A stretch of 55,490 nucleotides of DNA from a virus (lineage: Duplodnaviria > Caudoviricetes): positions 1 through 55,490 of the IMG/VR virus record IMGVR_UViG_3300037807_000763; one strand, written 5' to 3'. Position 1 is the stretch's first letter, and the number at the start of each line of letters is the position of its first letter. Under the pieces are notes generated by a model, which did no database searches, was not told the origin of the DNA, and saw nothing but the letters and a program-made list of their open reading frames with translations. This document shows positions 8,275-16,700 of this stretch, piece after piece. The translations under genes were made by a program, and so were the position numbers.

Positions 8275-8461
8275 ACTTTGTTCGTTTATTTTAAATAAAA
8301 ATCTTTAATTATTTTCATTATTTTATTAACTGTTTGTTTGTGCATCCCGTCCCAAGGAATTATTCTGCTTAGCTTAGTAAAGTCTTGAGCTATTATTTCC
8401 TGGATTCTCTTTTTAGTTTCTTGATTTGTTTTTTTAATACGTATCAACTCCTTATACTGCG

Positions 8462-8959
8462 TTAAATAAATGAATCTAGTGGAATTGGCTTAAAATTAAA
8501 AACGTCAACGCCAACGTCAAATTGATGTGGTAATGTTTTTAATGAACCGTGAGTATGACCACACAAGTTGATTGATCCGTAGTGACTCATATTCCATGTA
8601 GTGAAAGGATAGTGGCACATAACAATCATACCCTCTGGTAGCTTAATTTCGTGATAGTCTTTTATCCACTCGAATTCATTTTGAATCTGCTTATCCTGAA
8701 TCAGCCAGAAGTCGTGGTTGCCTCGTACTAAGTACTTTGTTCCATTAAGTTGTTTTAAAATCTTTAAGTTGGCAGCATTGTCTTTCCAGCCAAAATCGCC
8801 CAGATGGTATACTTCATCATCTTTGTTAACTATGCTATTCCAGTTCTCTATTAATGCAGTATCCATTTCGTCAATAGAGCTAAATGGCCTATTTTGAAAC
8901 TTAATGATATTCTTATGTGTGAAATGTGTATCTGATGTAACGTATGTGTTCTTACTCAA
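8462..8959 (-). CDS. Calcineurin-like metallophosphoesterase
   Basis: Motifs SDTHF, HLGDF, GNHD, HYP and GHTH. TTG start with a GAGG SD. Confidence 0.92.
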   Translation of the reverse strand: MSKNTYVTSDTHFTHKNIIKFQNRPFSSIDEMDTALIENWNSIVNKDDEVYHLGDFGWKDNAANLKILKQLNGTKYLVRGNHDFWLIQDKQIQNEFEWIKDYHEIKLPEGMIVMCHYPFTTWNMSHYGSINLCGHTHGSLKTLPHQFDVGVDVFNFKPIPLDSFI

Positions 8960-8983
8960 AAAACCTCTCGTGTGTTAAAACTT

Positions 8984-10024
8984 TTATTTTAAAAACTTGC
9001 TTACAATCTTCATTGCGTCCAGTGCATTCCTTCGTGTGTCCTTGATCATTTGAGAAGCTTCAGGTGAATTAGCTTTTGCATACTTTGGATTCTTGAGGCT
9101 TGATTGACTCCTCATTCTCTTAGCATACTCTGCTCTAACTTTTGTAATAAAATCTTTAGTGTCCTTAATGTTACTTAATCCTTTATGTCCTAAGACTCCA
9201 TTCGCCTGGAGAGTATTTGCCATACCTTTGATGCCAAGACAAAAGTCTTTAATGCTTACATTGTCTGTATTGATTCCTTTGTGTTTCTTAAGAAGCGGAT
9301 CAATAATAATTTTTTTTATATCAATAGACGGATCGTTGATTTTAATTAAAAATTTAGTTGCGTGTAACATAAACTTTCCAATATCTGTTGAAATTAGTTT
9401 GTAAATGACACCTTTACGTTTGTTTCCAGTAACCAGTATATCGTCTTTGAATCGTGCTAATACCCCTTCTGTACCAAAACTTAATGTTAAAACAGCACCA
9501 AGAGCACTGTATAGATTGCCTATGTTGAAGCCTTTGAATCCGTACTCAGGTTTATATCTACCAGTCATCCACTCTACATAAGGTTTAAACGTCCAAATTA
9601 AGTCGACTTGTGCGAACATATTATTATTTAGATTGAAAATTATAGATTTAGCATTAGTGTGTAATGTATCATTAACTTCAACGTTTTTAACACTCCCTGA
9701 CTTGATGAATTGCTTGAATGCGTCGTTATACTGTCTTCTAATTTTATTTTCTTCTTTTCTAAAATCATCCTTCTGTTCTACAGCAATAGGTATTTCTACC
9801 ATCATGTCAACATCACCATAGATTTTATCAATATTATTGTCTAAATCTTGTTTAACATAGCTTGTTGAGCCCACTGGAATCATCTTACCAATAGGGTCTA
9901 ATTGATTCTGTTTTAGAAACTTATTAAATCTTAATATAAATTTTTCAAATGCTATTATTGATAATTTAGCAACTGCAGGTGTCAACTTAGTACCTTGCGT
10001 TTTAGATGATTCCCAGCCTCCCAC
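8984..10024 (-). CDS. Pol-beta-superfamily nucleotidyltransferase-like protein
   Basis: PVGS...YGDVDMM (GS-x-DxD) and a third acidic residue in QVDLI. The GTG start overlaps the upstream TAG. Confidence 0.7.
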   Translation of the reverse strand: MGGWESSKTQGTKLTPAVAKLSIIAFEKFILRFNKFLKQNQLDPIGKMIPVGSTSYVKQDLDNNIDKIYGDVDMMVEIPIAVEQKDDFRKEENKIRRQYNDAFKQFIKSGSVKNVEVNDTLHTNAKSIIFNLNNNMFAQVDLIWTFKPYVEWMTGRYKPEYGFKGFNIGNLYSALGAVLTLSFGTEGVLARFKDDILVTGNKRKGVIYKLISTDIGKFMLHATKFLIKINDPSIDIKKIIIDPLLKKHKGINTDNVSIKDFCLGIKGMANTLQANGVLGHKGLSNIKDTKDFITKVRAEYAKRMRSQSSLKNPKYAKANSPEASQMIKDTRRNALDAMKIVSKFLK

Positions 10025-10911
10025 TATTTGATCTCATTTGGAGCTGGAAGTTTGTAACGCTGTAGAGATGTCTTGTAGGCATCAATAATTTTATTATTAA
10101 ATTTTTTGAATAAGAAGTTACTAGACTTCATTAGTTTGTATAGCTTTTCAAATGAGTCTATATCTTTGAAGGTATGATTAGACCCAAATAGAAATTTTGC
10201 AAGCTTATCCATATCACCAATGATTTTTTTAACTTTAAGTTTAACTCGTTTACCTTTTTCATTAGTAGTAAAATCAACTATCTCTACACCATTTTTCCAG
10301 TTCATTTGGAATTTTCTCTTAATATCAGGATCTTTGGTTTTTAGTATGGATTGTGAAAATATGTCTGCTATCAATAAATTGCGATAAACAGCTTTATACT
10401 TACTCCTGTAATCAGCTGCTGATAGAGATTTTTTCATAAATTCTAGATCACCAATCATTACATCAATTTGAACGAACCCAGGTGAGTCTAAGTCATTACC
10501 ATCCTTATCTATTGCAGATAATTGTTTTCCACTTTTATCTATGAGGGGTGTAATGAAATGAGCCTGTTTTAACCCCTTGTTAATTTTATGATCCTTAATT
10601 TTAGTTTTACTGAAGAACTTATCTAACTCTCCCCAGAACTCAGTTGCATCACCTTTAAATTTCATAGTTTTTGCTATAACTGATGCATCTACTGCTATGT
10701 CGATGTCACCCAGGAACGGTTTCTTATAGTTACCAATAATTGTATACTTCAATTTTTTTAACCCTGCATCAACGAGTGATTTTTTAATAGTAGCATCTAA
10801 GTGCTCACTCGGAACTGCAGAGTTCACATCACTAAAAACATTTCCCCCTTCAAGTAACATACGTTTAATCTCTTCTCGTATTAGTTTCCTTAAATTAGTT
10901 TTTGTTAACAT
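10024..10911 (-). CDS. Pol-beta-superfamily nucleotidyltransferase-like protein with a leader peptide
   Basis: IIGN...GDIDIAVD...VQIDVM. Leader LRKLIREEIKRMLLE-GG. Start placed at 10911, after an AGGAG SD. Confidence 0.7.
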   Translation of the reverse strand: MLTKTNLRKLIREEIKRMLLEGGNVFSDVNSAVPSEHLDATIKKSLVDAGLKKLKYTIIGNYKKPFLGDIDIAVDASVIAKTMKFKGDATEFWGELDKFFSKTKIKDHKINKGLKQAHFITPLIDKSGKQLSAIDKDGNDLDSPGFVQIDVMIGDLEFMKKSLSAADYRSKYKAVYRNLLIADIFSQSILKTKDPDIKRKFQMNWKNGVEIVDFTTNEKGKRVKLKVKKIIGDMDKLAKFLFGSNHTFKDIDSFEKLYKLMKSSNFLFKKFNNKIIDAYKTSLQRYKLPAPNEIK

Positions 10912-10924
10912 TTTTGTTATCTCC

Positions 10925-12673
10925 TTAATCAACTGCTCTGTCTAAGAACATTTGAGAAACAATTTCTGGCTCATTACTCTTTAATTTTGCTCTCATATTT
11001 TTAATTCTAGTGATTGTAAGTAAAATAGCTTTTTTTGTATCTTCACGTTTCTTGGGGATTGTTATCATCTCATCACCATCTGCTTTAAATGCTGCTGCGA
11101 TGAGCTTGACCTTTGCCTCGAGTTGAACTAAATATTGTTCAAGTTTCTTCGGATTTAATTTTATACTTTTCCCTAGTTCTTTTTCAGCAATCTGTAAGTC
11201 ATTCATATACTTCCAATTCCGCTCTTTGCGTGCTGTAAACTGTGATTTATCAACTATCTTAACCACATTACCATCCGGTACATATAATACAAGACCTTCG
11301 TCTTCATCACCAAATGCTCTCTGAAAATCAACTTGCAGAACTTTACCTTTCATCTTCTTTCCAATCAAATTGGCTATTCTCTGTATTTGATATTTGATTT
11401 TTTTATGATGAGGCTTTCTTGCTGGTGTGTTTAGTAGGTTACCGTATTTTTCAATTAACTTACTTAATAATATTTCATATTTCTCTTCAAAATGAACTTT
11501 CTTTAAGTTTACCTTTGGATTAGAGTAGAATGTGATAGATGTTTCTGTATTCACAGCTTTAGCAAATACATCGTGGAATGCGATGGGTGTTTCTACTCCA
11601 TCAACTATAATTTTAAACAATACTACAATGCCGTCCCCGATTGTTTCCGGGTTATACAGTACTATATTGTAGTCCCAAGATGGTATCGCTTCACATTCAA
11701 TAGATATGTTTTTAGTGTTTCCCTCAATGCCATATTTCTTTGCGTATTTATCTACTATTTTCTTGTATGGTATTTTCTTTAGTAATTTATGATACCTAAC
11801 AAAATCTTCATAGAAGTACAATGATGGGTATTCTTTTTCGCTTTTAACAGTTTTAGTCTTTGATCCAGAGTAGAATCGTCCGCCCTTAATTCCAAATTGA
11901 AAAAAGTGACCATCCACCTTTTCATTGACTTCAAATTTTGTATTATCTTCATTCCATAGCTTTAAAAACACAAGCAGATCTTTAGGCTTGAGATCCTCTA
12001 TGTGTTTGATACCCTCAGACAAAATTCCTTCTGTGATATTGAATTTTCTCTTAAAGATACTGTAAATAGATGTATTAATTTTTCCATATAATGACTTAAA
12101 AGTATCTTGAGGATTGTCGCCTTTAAAAGCTTTTCGTACTTCAGTGCCACTAATAGTAATACCATTAATTTTCACCTGAAGCTGCGGAACTGAAATTACA
12201 TACCCTTTTGTATCGAAACTTTCCATATCAGCACCCGTGTATGTTTCATAGTACTTACCAAGTAATCTACTAACATCTTCTTTCTCTCCAAGACCAACTA
12301 CTAATGCAGTAGTTTTCTCATCGAATAAAGCTTTTATCTCAACAGGATTATATGGGATTCTTACTTGAATTATGTTAGTCTTCGGAATCTTAAACATCTT
12401 AGAAATTATTGCTTGTTTTTCGTTAAAGTCAAATGGAGATTTGTCGCCTGTCTTGTTTGAAGTGGCTATATAAACGTTCTTCTTTCCGAATTTCTTAACT
12501 AAGAATTTGTATGAATGATGATGTCCGCGATGGTAAGGCTGAAACCGACCAGAATAGATAGCAATTGTTTTTGTAACTTTAGTATCTTCTAGTAACTCTG
12601 TTTTTAATTTGTCCACTACACCTTTCCAGCTTCTAATATCTGTTTCTTTTAGTAAATGTTGAATGTTTGTCAT
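10925..12673 (-). CDS. Fusion of an HxGH cytidylyltransferase-like domain and an ATP-dependent ligase-type nucleotidyltransferase domain
   Basis: N-terminal SGRFQPYHRGH...ISGTEVR. C-terminal ligase motifs I (EKVDG), IV (EGLV) and V (VKIV). Confidence 0.75.
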   Translation of the reverse strand: MTNIQHLLKETDIRSWKGVVDKLKTELLEDTKVTKTIAIYSGRFQPYHRGHHHSYKFLVKKFGKKNVYIATSNKTGDKSPFDFNEKQAIISKMFKIPKTNIIQVRIPYNPVEIKALFDEKTTALVVGLGEKEDVSRLLGKYYETYTGADMESFDTKGYVISVPQLQVKINGITISGTEVRKAFKGDNPQDTFKSLYGKINTSIYSIFKRKFNITEGILSEGIKHIEDLKPKDLLVFLKLWNEDNTKFEVNEKVDGHFFQFGIKGGRFYSGSKTKTVKSEKEYPSLYFYEDFVRYHKLLKKIPYKKIVDKYAKKYGIEGNTKNISIECEAIPSWDYNIVLYNPETIGDGIVVLFKIIVDGVETPIAFHDVFAKAVNTETSITFYSNPKVNLKKVHFEEKYEILLSKLIEKYGNLLNTPARKPHHKKIKYQIQRIANLIGKKMKGKVLQVDFQRAFGDEDEGLVLYVPDGNVVKIVDKSQFTARKERNWKYMNDLQIAEKELGKSIKLNPKKLEQYLVQLEAKVKLIAAAFKADGDEMITIPKKREDTKKAILLTITRIKNMRAKLKSNEPEIVSQMFLDRAVD

Positions 12674-12685
12674 ATTGATAAATAT

Positions 12686-12850
12686 CTAAATAACAAATAA
12701 TACAAGTTCATTTGTGCCCAATGGTGGAATCGAACCACCTTCATCAATATTTTTTCTCTTTAGAAAGAATAACTTAGCTTCTGTAATGGAACAATCTAAA
12801 TTTACTTTGTCAATGATATTATCATTCTTGCCGCTTAAGATGTAGTTCAA
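12686..12850 (-). pseudogene. Small ORF (54 aa) whose 3' end runs through a tRNA 3'-half remnant
   Basis: TTG start overlaps the upstream stop. MNYILSGKND...KRKNIDE continues into GGTGGTTCGATTCCACCATTGGGCA. Confidence 0.4.
12715..12739 (-). pseudogene. tRNA fragment (T-arm plus 3' acceptor strand only)
   Basis: GGTGG-TTCGATT-CCACC-ATTGGGC-A(CAA). No D arm, anticodon arm or 5' acceptor strand upstream. Confidence 0.65.
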
Positions 12851-13359
12851 TTTAGCACTACTTCCATCGAGTCTATGTAACTATTGCCAACATTCCACCA
12901 TAACATCATAGTTGTGTTTTCCATAGAGCTCACAGGCGCAATGATATTTTTAAAATTTCCATTCTCATCTACAATTGAGACTTGGTTTGTCACTGGTGAC
13001 ATTGTATGGAAGTTATAATCCATTTGTGTACTTCCATTATCATCATACCAAAGCCCACTGTCACATGTTCTACAATCTAACTTAAAATATCCAGATGAGT
13101 TACCTACGATCCAAAAGAGATTTGAAGACCACTCAATTCTTATATTTTTTACATCAACGTCGCTAGATAGCATTATACCATTAACTGATTCAATAGATTG
13201 CCATGTCCCGCTATTAACATCGATTGATTCAATTAACTCAACCCAAATAGTAATATCACCGTATCTTGAGTTGACTGGCTCAACAACTGTATTCTCACAC
13301 CCAGTAAGCAAAAGTATTATTAGACTAATGTTTATGTTTTTTAGGATATTGTATTTCAT
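12847..13359 (-). CDS. Predicted lipoprotein
   Basis: Basic N-terminus, hydrophobic core, lipobox LLTG-C. Confidence 0.7.
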   Translation of the reverse strand: MKYNILKNINISLIILLLTGCENTVVEPVNSRYGDITIWVELIESIDVNSGTWQSIESVNGIMLSSDVDVKNIRIEWSSNLFWIVGNSSGYFKLDCRTCDSGLWYDDNGSTQMDYNFHTMSPVTNQVSIVDENGNFKNIIAPVSSMENTTMMLWWNVGNSYIDSMEVVLN

Positions 13360-13381
13360 TTCTCTTTTTTTCCTTTATTTT
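13328..13381. repeat. Perfect 54-bp direct repeat, copy 1
   Basis: atgtttatgttttttaggatattgtatttcatttctctttttttcctttatttt, identical to 14340-14393. Confidence 0.92.
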
Positions 13382-13394
13382 ATTTTTATTATTT

Positions 13395-14312
13395 TTAAAA
13401 AAGAGGAGTTTTATTAATCTCAGGTGCGTGCGCGTCAGACAGATCAGAAAACGCAGATTCTATATTCGTTATAACTACCTCAACCGTATTATCTTCTCTT
13501 TCAACTGATGAAACTCTAGCAGCCCATGCGTTATACGACATTTTAATCAATTTAGAATTATAACCCTTAGACCATTGTATTAATTCTTCGTTATTAACCC
13601 CGCGATGTGAGAACGTATTTGATAATATAAAAGAATATCCTAAAGAGTCTAATTCATCGATATATTCTAGTAGATCTATTTCATCTGACTTATTCCAGCC
13701 GCCGTATTGAAATTTAGAAGCGACATATGGTGGATCAAAATAGATTAAATCATTTTCTTTATCTATATTAGATAAATCTAAATCGCGATACGTCCCGTGT
13801 TTAACATTAATATCCTTGTTTACTACTACATTGACATGAGACTTTATTCTATCTAAATCAAATACCTTTTCTCCATACGGCACATTGTAACCATTTGGAC
13901 CGAACCTTAATAGAGAGTTAAATGATAATTGCAATAAGACATAAAGCATATGTACGTTAGAAGAATCAGTATGTCCGTTAATAGAATATAGTACATTAAA
14001 ATCTTTTCTTAATTCTAAGAAAGATTTCTTAAAATCAGTAGAATTTAAAAAGTAAGAATTATAACAATCTTCTATTTTAGAAACTAAACCTGGATCTTTT
14101 AAAGCATTATGTAATGCTACTACATTTAAATCAATATCTATGGAATTTCCACCATTATTTGAATTATACATACACACACCAGATCCCACGAATGGTTCAT
14201 GTATCCGACTATACGATTTCATGACATCTTTTAGGTACTTGTTCCAAATTCTGTACTTGTTTCCACTATATGAGAAGGGTCCTTTTATCATAATATCTTT
14301 TTTATTATACAC
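13395..14312 (-). CDS. dam: DNA adenine N6-methyltransferase, D12/Dam family
   Basis: FSYSGNK, EPFVGSG (motif I), SFNSLLRF, DPPY (motif IV), LSN. GATC specificity is not established. Confidence 0.88.
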   Translation of the reverse strand: MYNKKDIMIKGPFSYSGNKYRIWNKYLKDVMKSYSRIHEPFVGSGVCMYNSNNGGNSIDIDLNVVALHNALKDPGLVSKIEDCYNSYFLNSTDFKKSFLELRKDFNVLYSINGHTDSSNVHMLYVLLQLSFNSLLRFGPNGYNVPYGEKVFDLDRIKSHVNVVVNKDINVKHGTYRDLDLSNIDKENDLIYFDPPYVASKFQYGGWNKSDEIDLLEYIDELDSLGYSFILSNTFSHRGVNNEELIQWSKGYNSKLIKMSYNAWAARVSSVEREDNTVEVVITNIESAFSDLSDAHAPEINKTPLF

Positions 14313-14321
14313 TAATTTTTA

Positions 14322-14504
14322 TTAAAGTTTCATAGCCATATGTTTATGTTTTTTAGGATATTGTATTTCATTTCTCTTTTTTTCCTTTATTTTTTTTGCC
14401 TCTTTATGATTCAATTTCTTCTTTTTTCTTTTACTGTTGCAAATAAGCTCACTCTCTTCTAGTGCTTCAAATTCTTCTTCGTAATCTATCCAATTATTTT
14501 TCAT
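14322..14504 (-). CDS. Small protein, acidic N-terminal half and basic C-terminal half
   Basis: 60-aa ORF packed against its upstream neighbour. Confidence 0.55.
   Translation of the reverse strand: MKNNWIDYEEEFEALEESELICNSKRKKKKLNHKEAKKIKEKKRNEIQYPKKHKHMAMKL
14340..14393. repeat. Perfect 54-bp direct repeat, copy 2
   Basis: Identical to 13328-13381, offset 1012 bp. The two copies flank the methylase gene. Confidence 0.92.
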
Positions 14505-14505
14505 G

Positions 14506-14754
14506 TCAATTATACAATACCTTCCACTTACTTAATTTATCTAAAAATTCTGTAATTGTGAATTTTTTCCCTGAGTCCTGGACAATAGTTAAAGTTTCTA
14601 GCATTTCTGGGTGATTATTCACAATAGACATTAATGATTTCATTCCCCTATTAGCATAGAATGTGCCAAAACTTTCATCTCCAAGAGTATTTGCATCAAA
14701 GTCTAGCTCTGCTTGACCGTCATCTGAAAGCATGATATAGTATGTTGTTGCCAT
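14506..14754 (-). CDS. Hypothetical protein, probably leaderless mRNA
   Basis: 82-aa ORF whose ATG lies 5 nt after the -10 box of promoter copy 4. Confidence 0.7.
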   Translation of the reverse strand: MATTYYIMLSDDGQAELDFDANTLGDESFGTFYANRGMKSLMSIVNNHPEMLETLTIVQDSGKKFTITEFLDKLSKWKVLYN

Positions 14755-14756
14755 AT

Positions 14757-14790
14757 TAGAATCTAGCTATGTTTATTGACAAATGAAACC
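14757..14790 (-). promoter_or_regulatory. Promoter motif TTTCAT-N17-TAGATTCTA (copy 4)
   Basis: GGTTTCAT TTGTCAATAAACATAGC TAGATTCTA. Confidence 0.7.
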
Positions 14791-14814
14791 TATTTTTGTC
14801 TTTTTTTTGTAAAA

Positions 14815-15990
14815 TTATTCTTTAATAAATATATTATCATTTTGGTTTTCTTGGAGTTTTAAAATCTCTATATTAAAGTTCCCAAGTTTGAACTTACCTG
14901 TCTCACCACTATCGTTAAATATCCACGGGAATTTTGCTATCATATCACCGTCTTGCTGTGTAAGTTGTTTTAAATCGAACTCAACGATAATATCATTTTT
15001 ACATTTCTTTTTATACGATTCTCCGCCATAGCATTTGTTACTTAGATCTATCAATGTATTTTGCTGTTCTCTGTCAATGTAGTCCAAGACAACAAATTCA
15101 TTATCAATAAAAATATTAGAACACCAAGGTTCTAACATGTGCAGATGTTCAATATTACAATTGTGAACTACAAAGCCTATGTTATATATGGGTGCAACTA
15201 TTGGATTCAACGTCGAGTTATGTAGAACCTCTGTACCCCACTTTCTGATAAAATTCCTTACGTTCTTAGAGTTAGTCGCTTTCCACTCAGGACTATCCTT
15301 TCCTGTGTCACCACCTGAAAGTTTGTTATATCTACTTCCCCTGCTGGTAAAGTGGTAAACTAGTGCATCCCAGGATTGAATAATCTCATATCCATTTAGT
15401 TTAAATCTATTAAACAAGTCTGAATCTTCTCTTGACTGAGGTGCGAATAATTTATCATGGCCTCCAATTGATAGAAAATCTTCTCTATACATACACCAGG
15501 GAGCAAAAATACCATCAGTTACTTTTTCATTTTCAAATGATGTATTATTCTCAATCCACTTGCTCATCTCAAATGTCTTTACTTCACTACCAAAGTCATG
15601 AATTATTTTTTCAGGACCCGGAGGATGAAGAGGTGGTTCTATTCTTGTTCCAGAAACTACGATTCCTTTCCTGAGATGTTTCAAGATGTTAATATCAAAG
15701 TTATTCCCAGCAACCATATCAGCATGAAAAGCACATATAATTTTTGTTGTTGCCAACTCAATGCCTTTATCAAACATTCCTACTATACCAATCCTTTCAG
15801 GCCCAGGATTTGTATGAATTATTAATTTATCATCTTTTAGATTTTCTAACCATTTGCTAGTATCATCCGTACTTGCGTCATCTAAAATCAAGATCTCATG
15901 ATTTCCTGACAAATTCCTTATTGAATGGTATGCAAGCTCTAAAAATTCTAAGTTGTTTCTTGTTGGTATTACGAATGTAATTTGTTTCAT
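14815..15990 (-). CDS. Glycosyltransferase family 2
   Basis: ITFVIPTRN, ILDDASTD, HADM, EDSD, YHF. ATGA overlap with the upstream gene. Confidence 0.9.
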   Translation of the reverse strand: MKQITFVIPTRNNLEFLELAYHSIRNLSGNHEILILDDASTDDTSKWLENLKDDKLIIHTNPGPERIGIVGMFDKGIELATTKIICAFHADMVAGNNFDINILKHLRKGIVVSGTRIEPPLHPPGPEKIIHDFGSEVKTFEMSKWIENNTSFENEKVTDGIFAPWCMYREDFLSIGGHDKLFAPQSREDSDLFNRFKLNGYEIIQSWDALVYHFTSRGSRYNKLSGGDTGKDSPEWKATNSKNVRNFIRKWGTEVLHNSTLNPIVAPIYNIGFVVHNCNIEHLHMLEPWCSNIFIDNEFVVLDYIDREQQNTLIDLSNKCYGGESYKKKCKNDIIVEFDLKQLTQQDGDMIAKFPWIFNDSGETGKFKLGNFNIEILKLQENQNDNIFIKE

Positions 15991-16643
15991 TTCTGTATAA
16001 CACCGACCATAATCCATGACTGGCTTAAATCAGCAGTTAGCGTTGACCCCCATTGTTTGTCAATTCCCGGCATGTTAAACGTCTGGAGAGGCACCTCAAT
16101 TATTCCGAACCCAGTTATGTCGCAGTCTTTAAAATTTCTGAATAATATTTCTGTAAATTCTTTTGGGTCGTATTCATATAGATGTGTTCCCCCATTGTAA
16201 GTCCATGTTGGTGTTTTCCTCTTGGGGGTAGTAATAACAAGAGTTTCAGATGTAACACTACTTATAGATTGTAGATATTGATCGATTCTATCTGGGGGTA
16301 GATGTTCAAATGTTTCTATTGAAACACAAACTTCAAATTGGTCTTTATTAAACTTACTACTTAAGTCGAAAATATCACATACTTCAAACTTGCACTTATC
16401 TGACTCAAATCTTTTATTCGAGTTAGTAATTGCGTCTTTGTCTAAATCTATTCCTATAACGCTAGTTGAGCCAAGAGATTGCAAAATTCCTGCGCCGTAG
16501 CCATATCCAGTCGCAGCATCCAACACAGTCTTTTCCTTGGTCCAATGTGATGCAAGCACATATCGATCTATCATTGTTGATACTGCAGGATACATAAATC
16601 TGTCAATCTTTGTTATGTGTGTATTATCTGTTTTTTTAACCAT
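15987..16643 (-). CDS. Class I SAM-dependent methyltransferase
   Basis: VLDAATGYGYG, GID, SIETFEH, ITTP. Confidence 0.9.
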   Translation of the reverse strand: MVKKTDNTHITKIDRFMYPAVSTMIDRYVLASHWTKEKTVLDAATGYGYGAGILQSLGSTSVIGIDLDKDAITNSNKRFESDKCKFEVCDIFDLSSKFNKDQFEVCVSIETFEHLPPDRIDQYLQSISSVTSETLVITTPKRKTPTWTYNGGTHLYEYDPKEFTEILFRNFKDCDITGFGIIEVPLQTFNMPGIDKQWGSTLTADLSQSWIMVGVIQK

Positions 16644-16700
16644 TATTATTCCAGTTTTTTATTTTTTAAGTAACATGTAGTATTGCTATAAGTAATGTCA

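Noticed and set aside
8984-10911. CBASS cyclase (CD-NTase) operon
   Set aside because: No Cap effector or Cap2/Cap3 genes are adjacent. Only the generic Pol-beta motif is visible.
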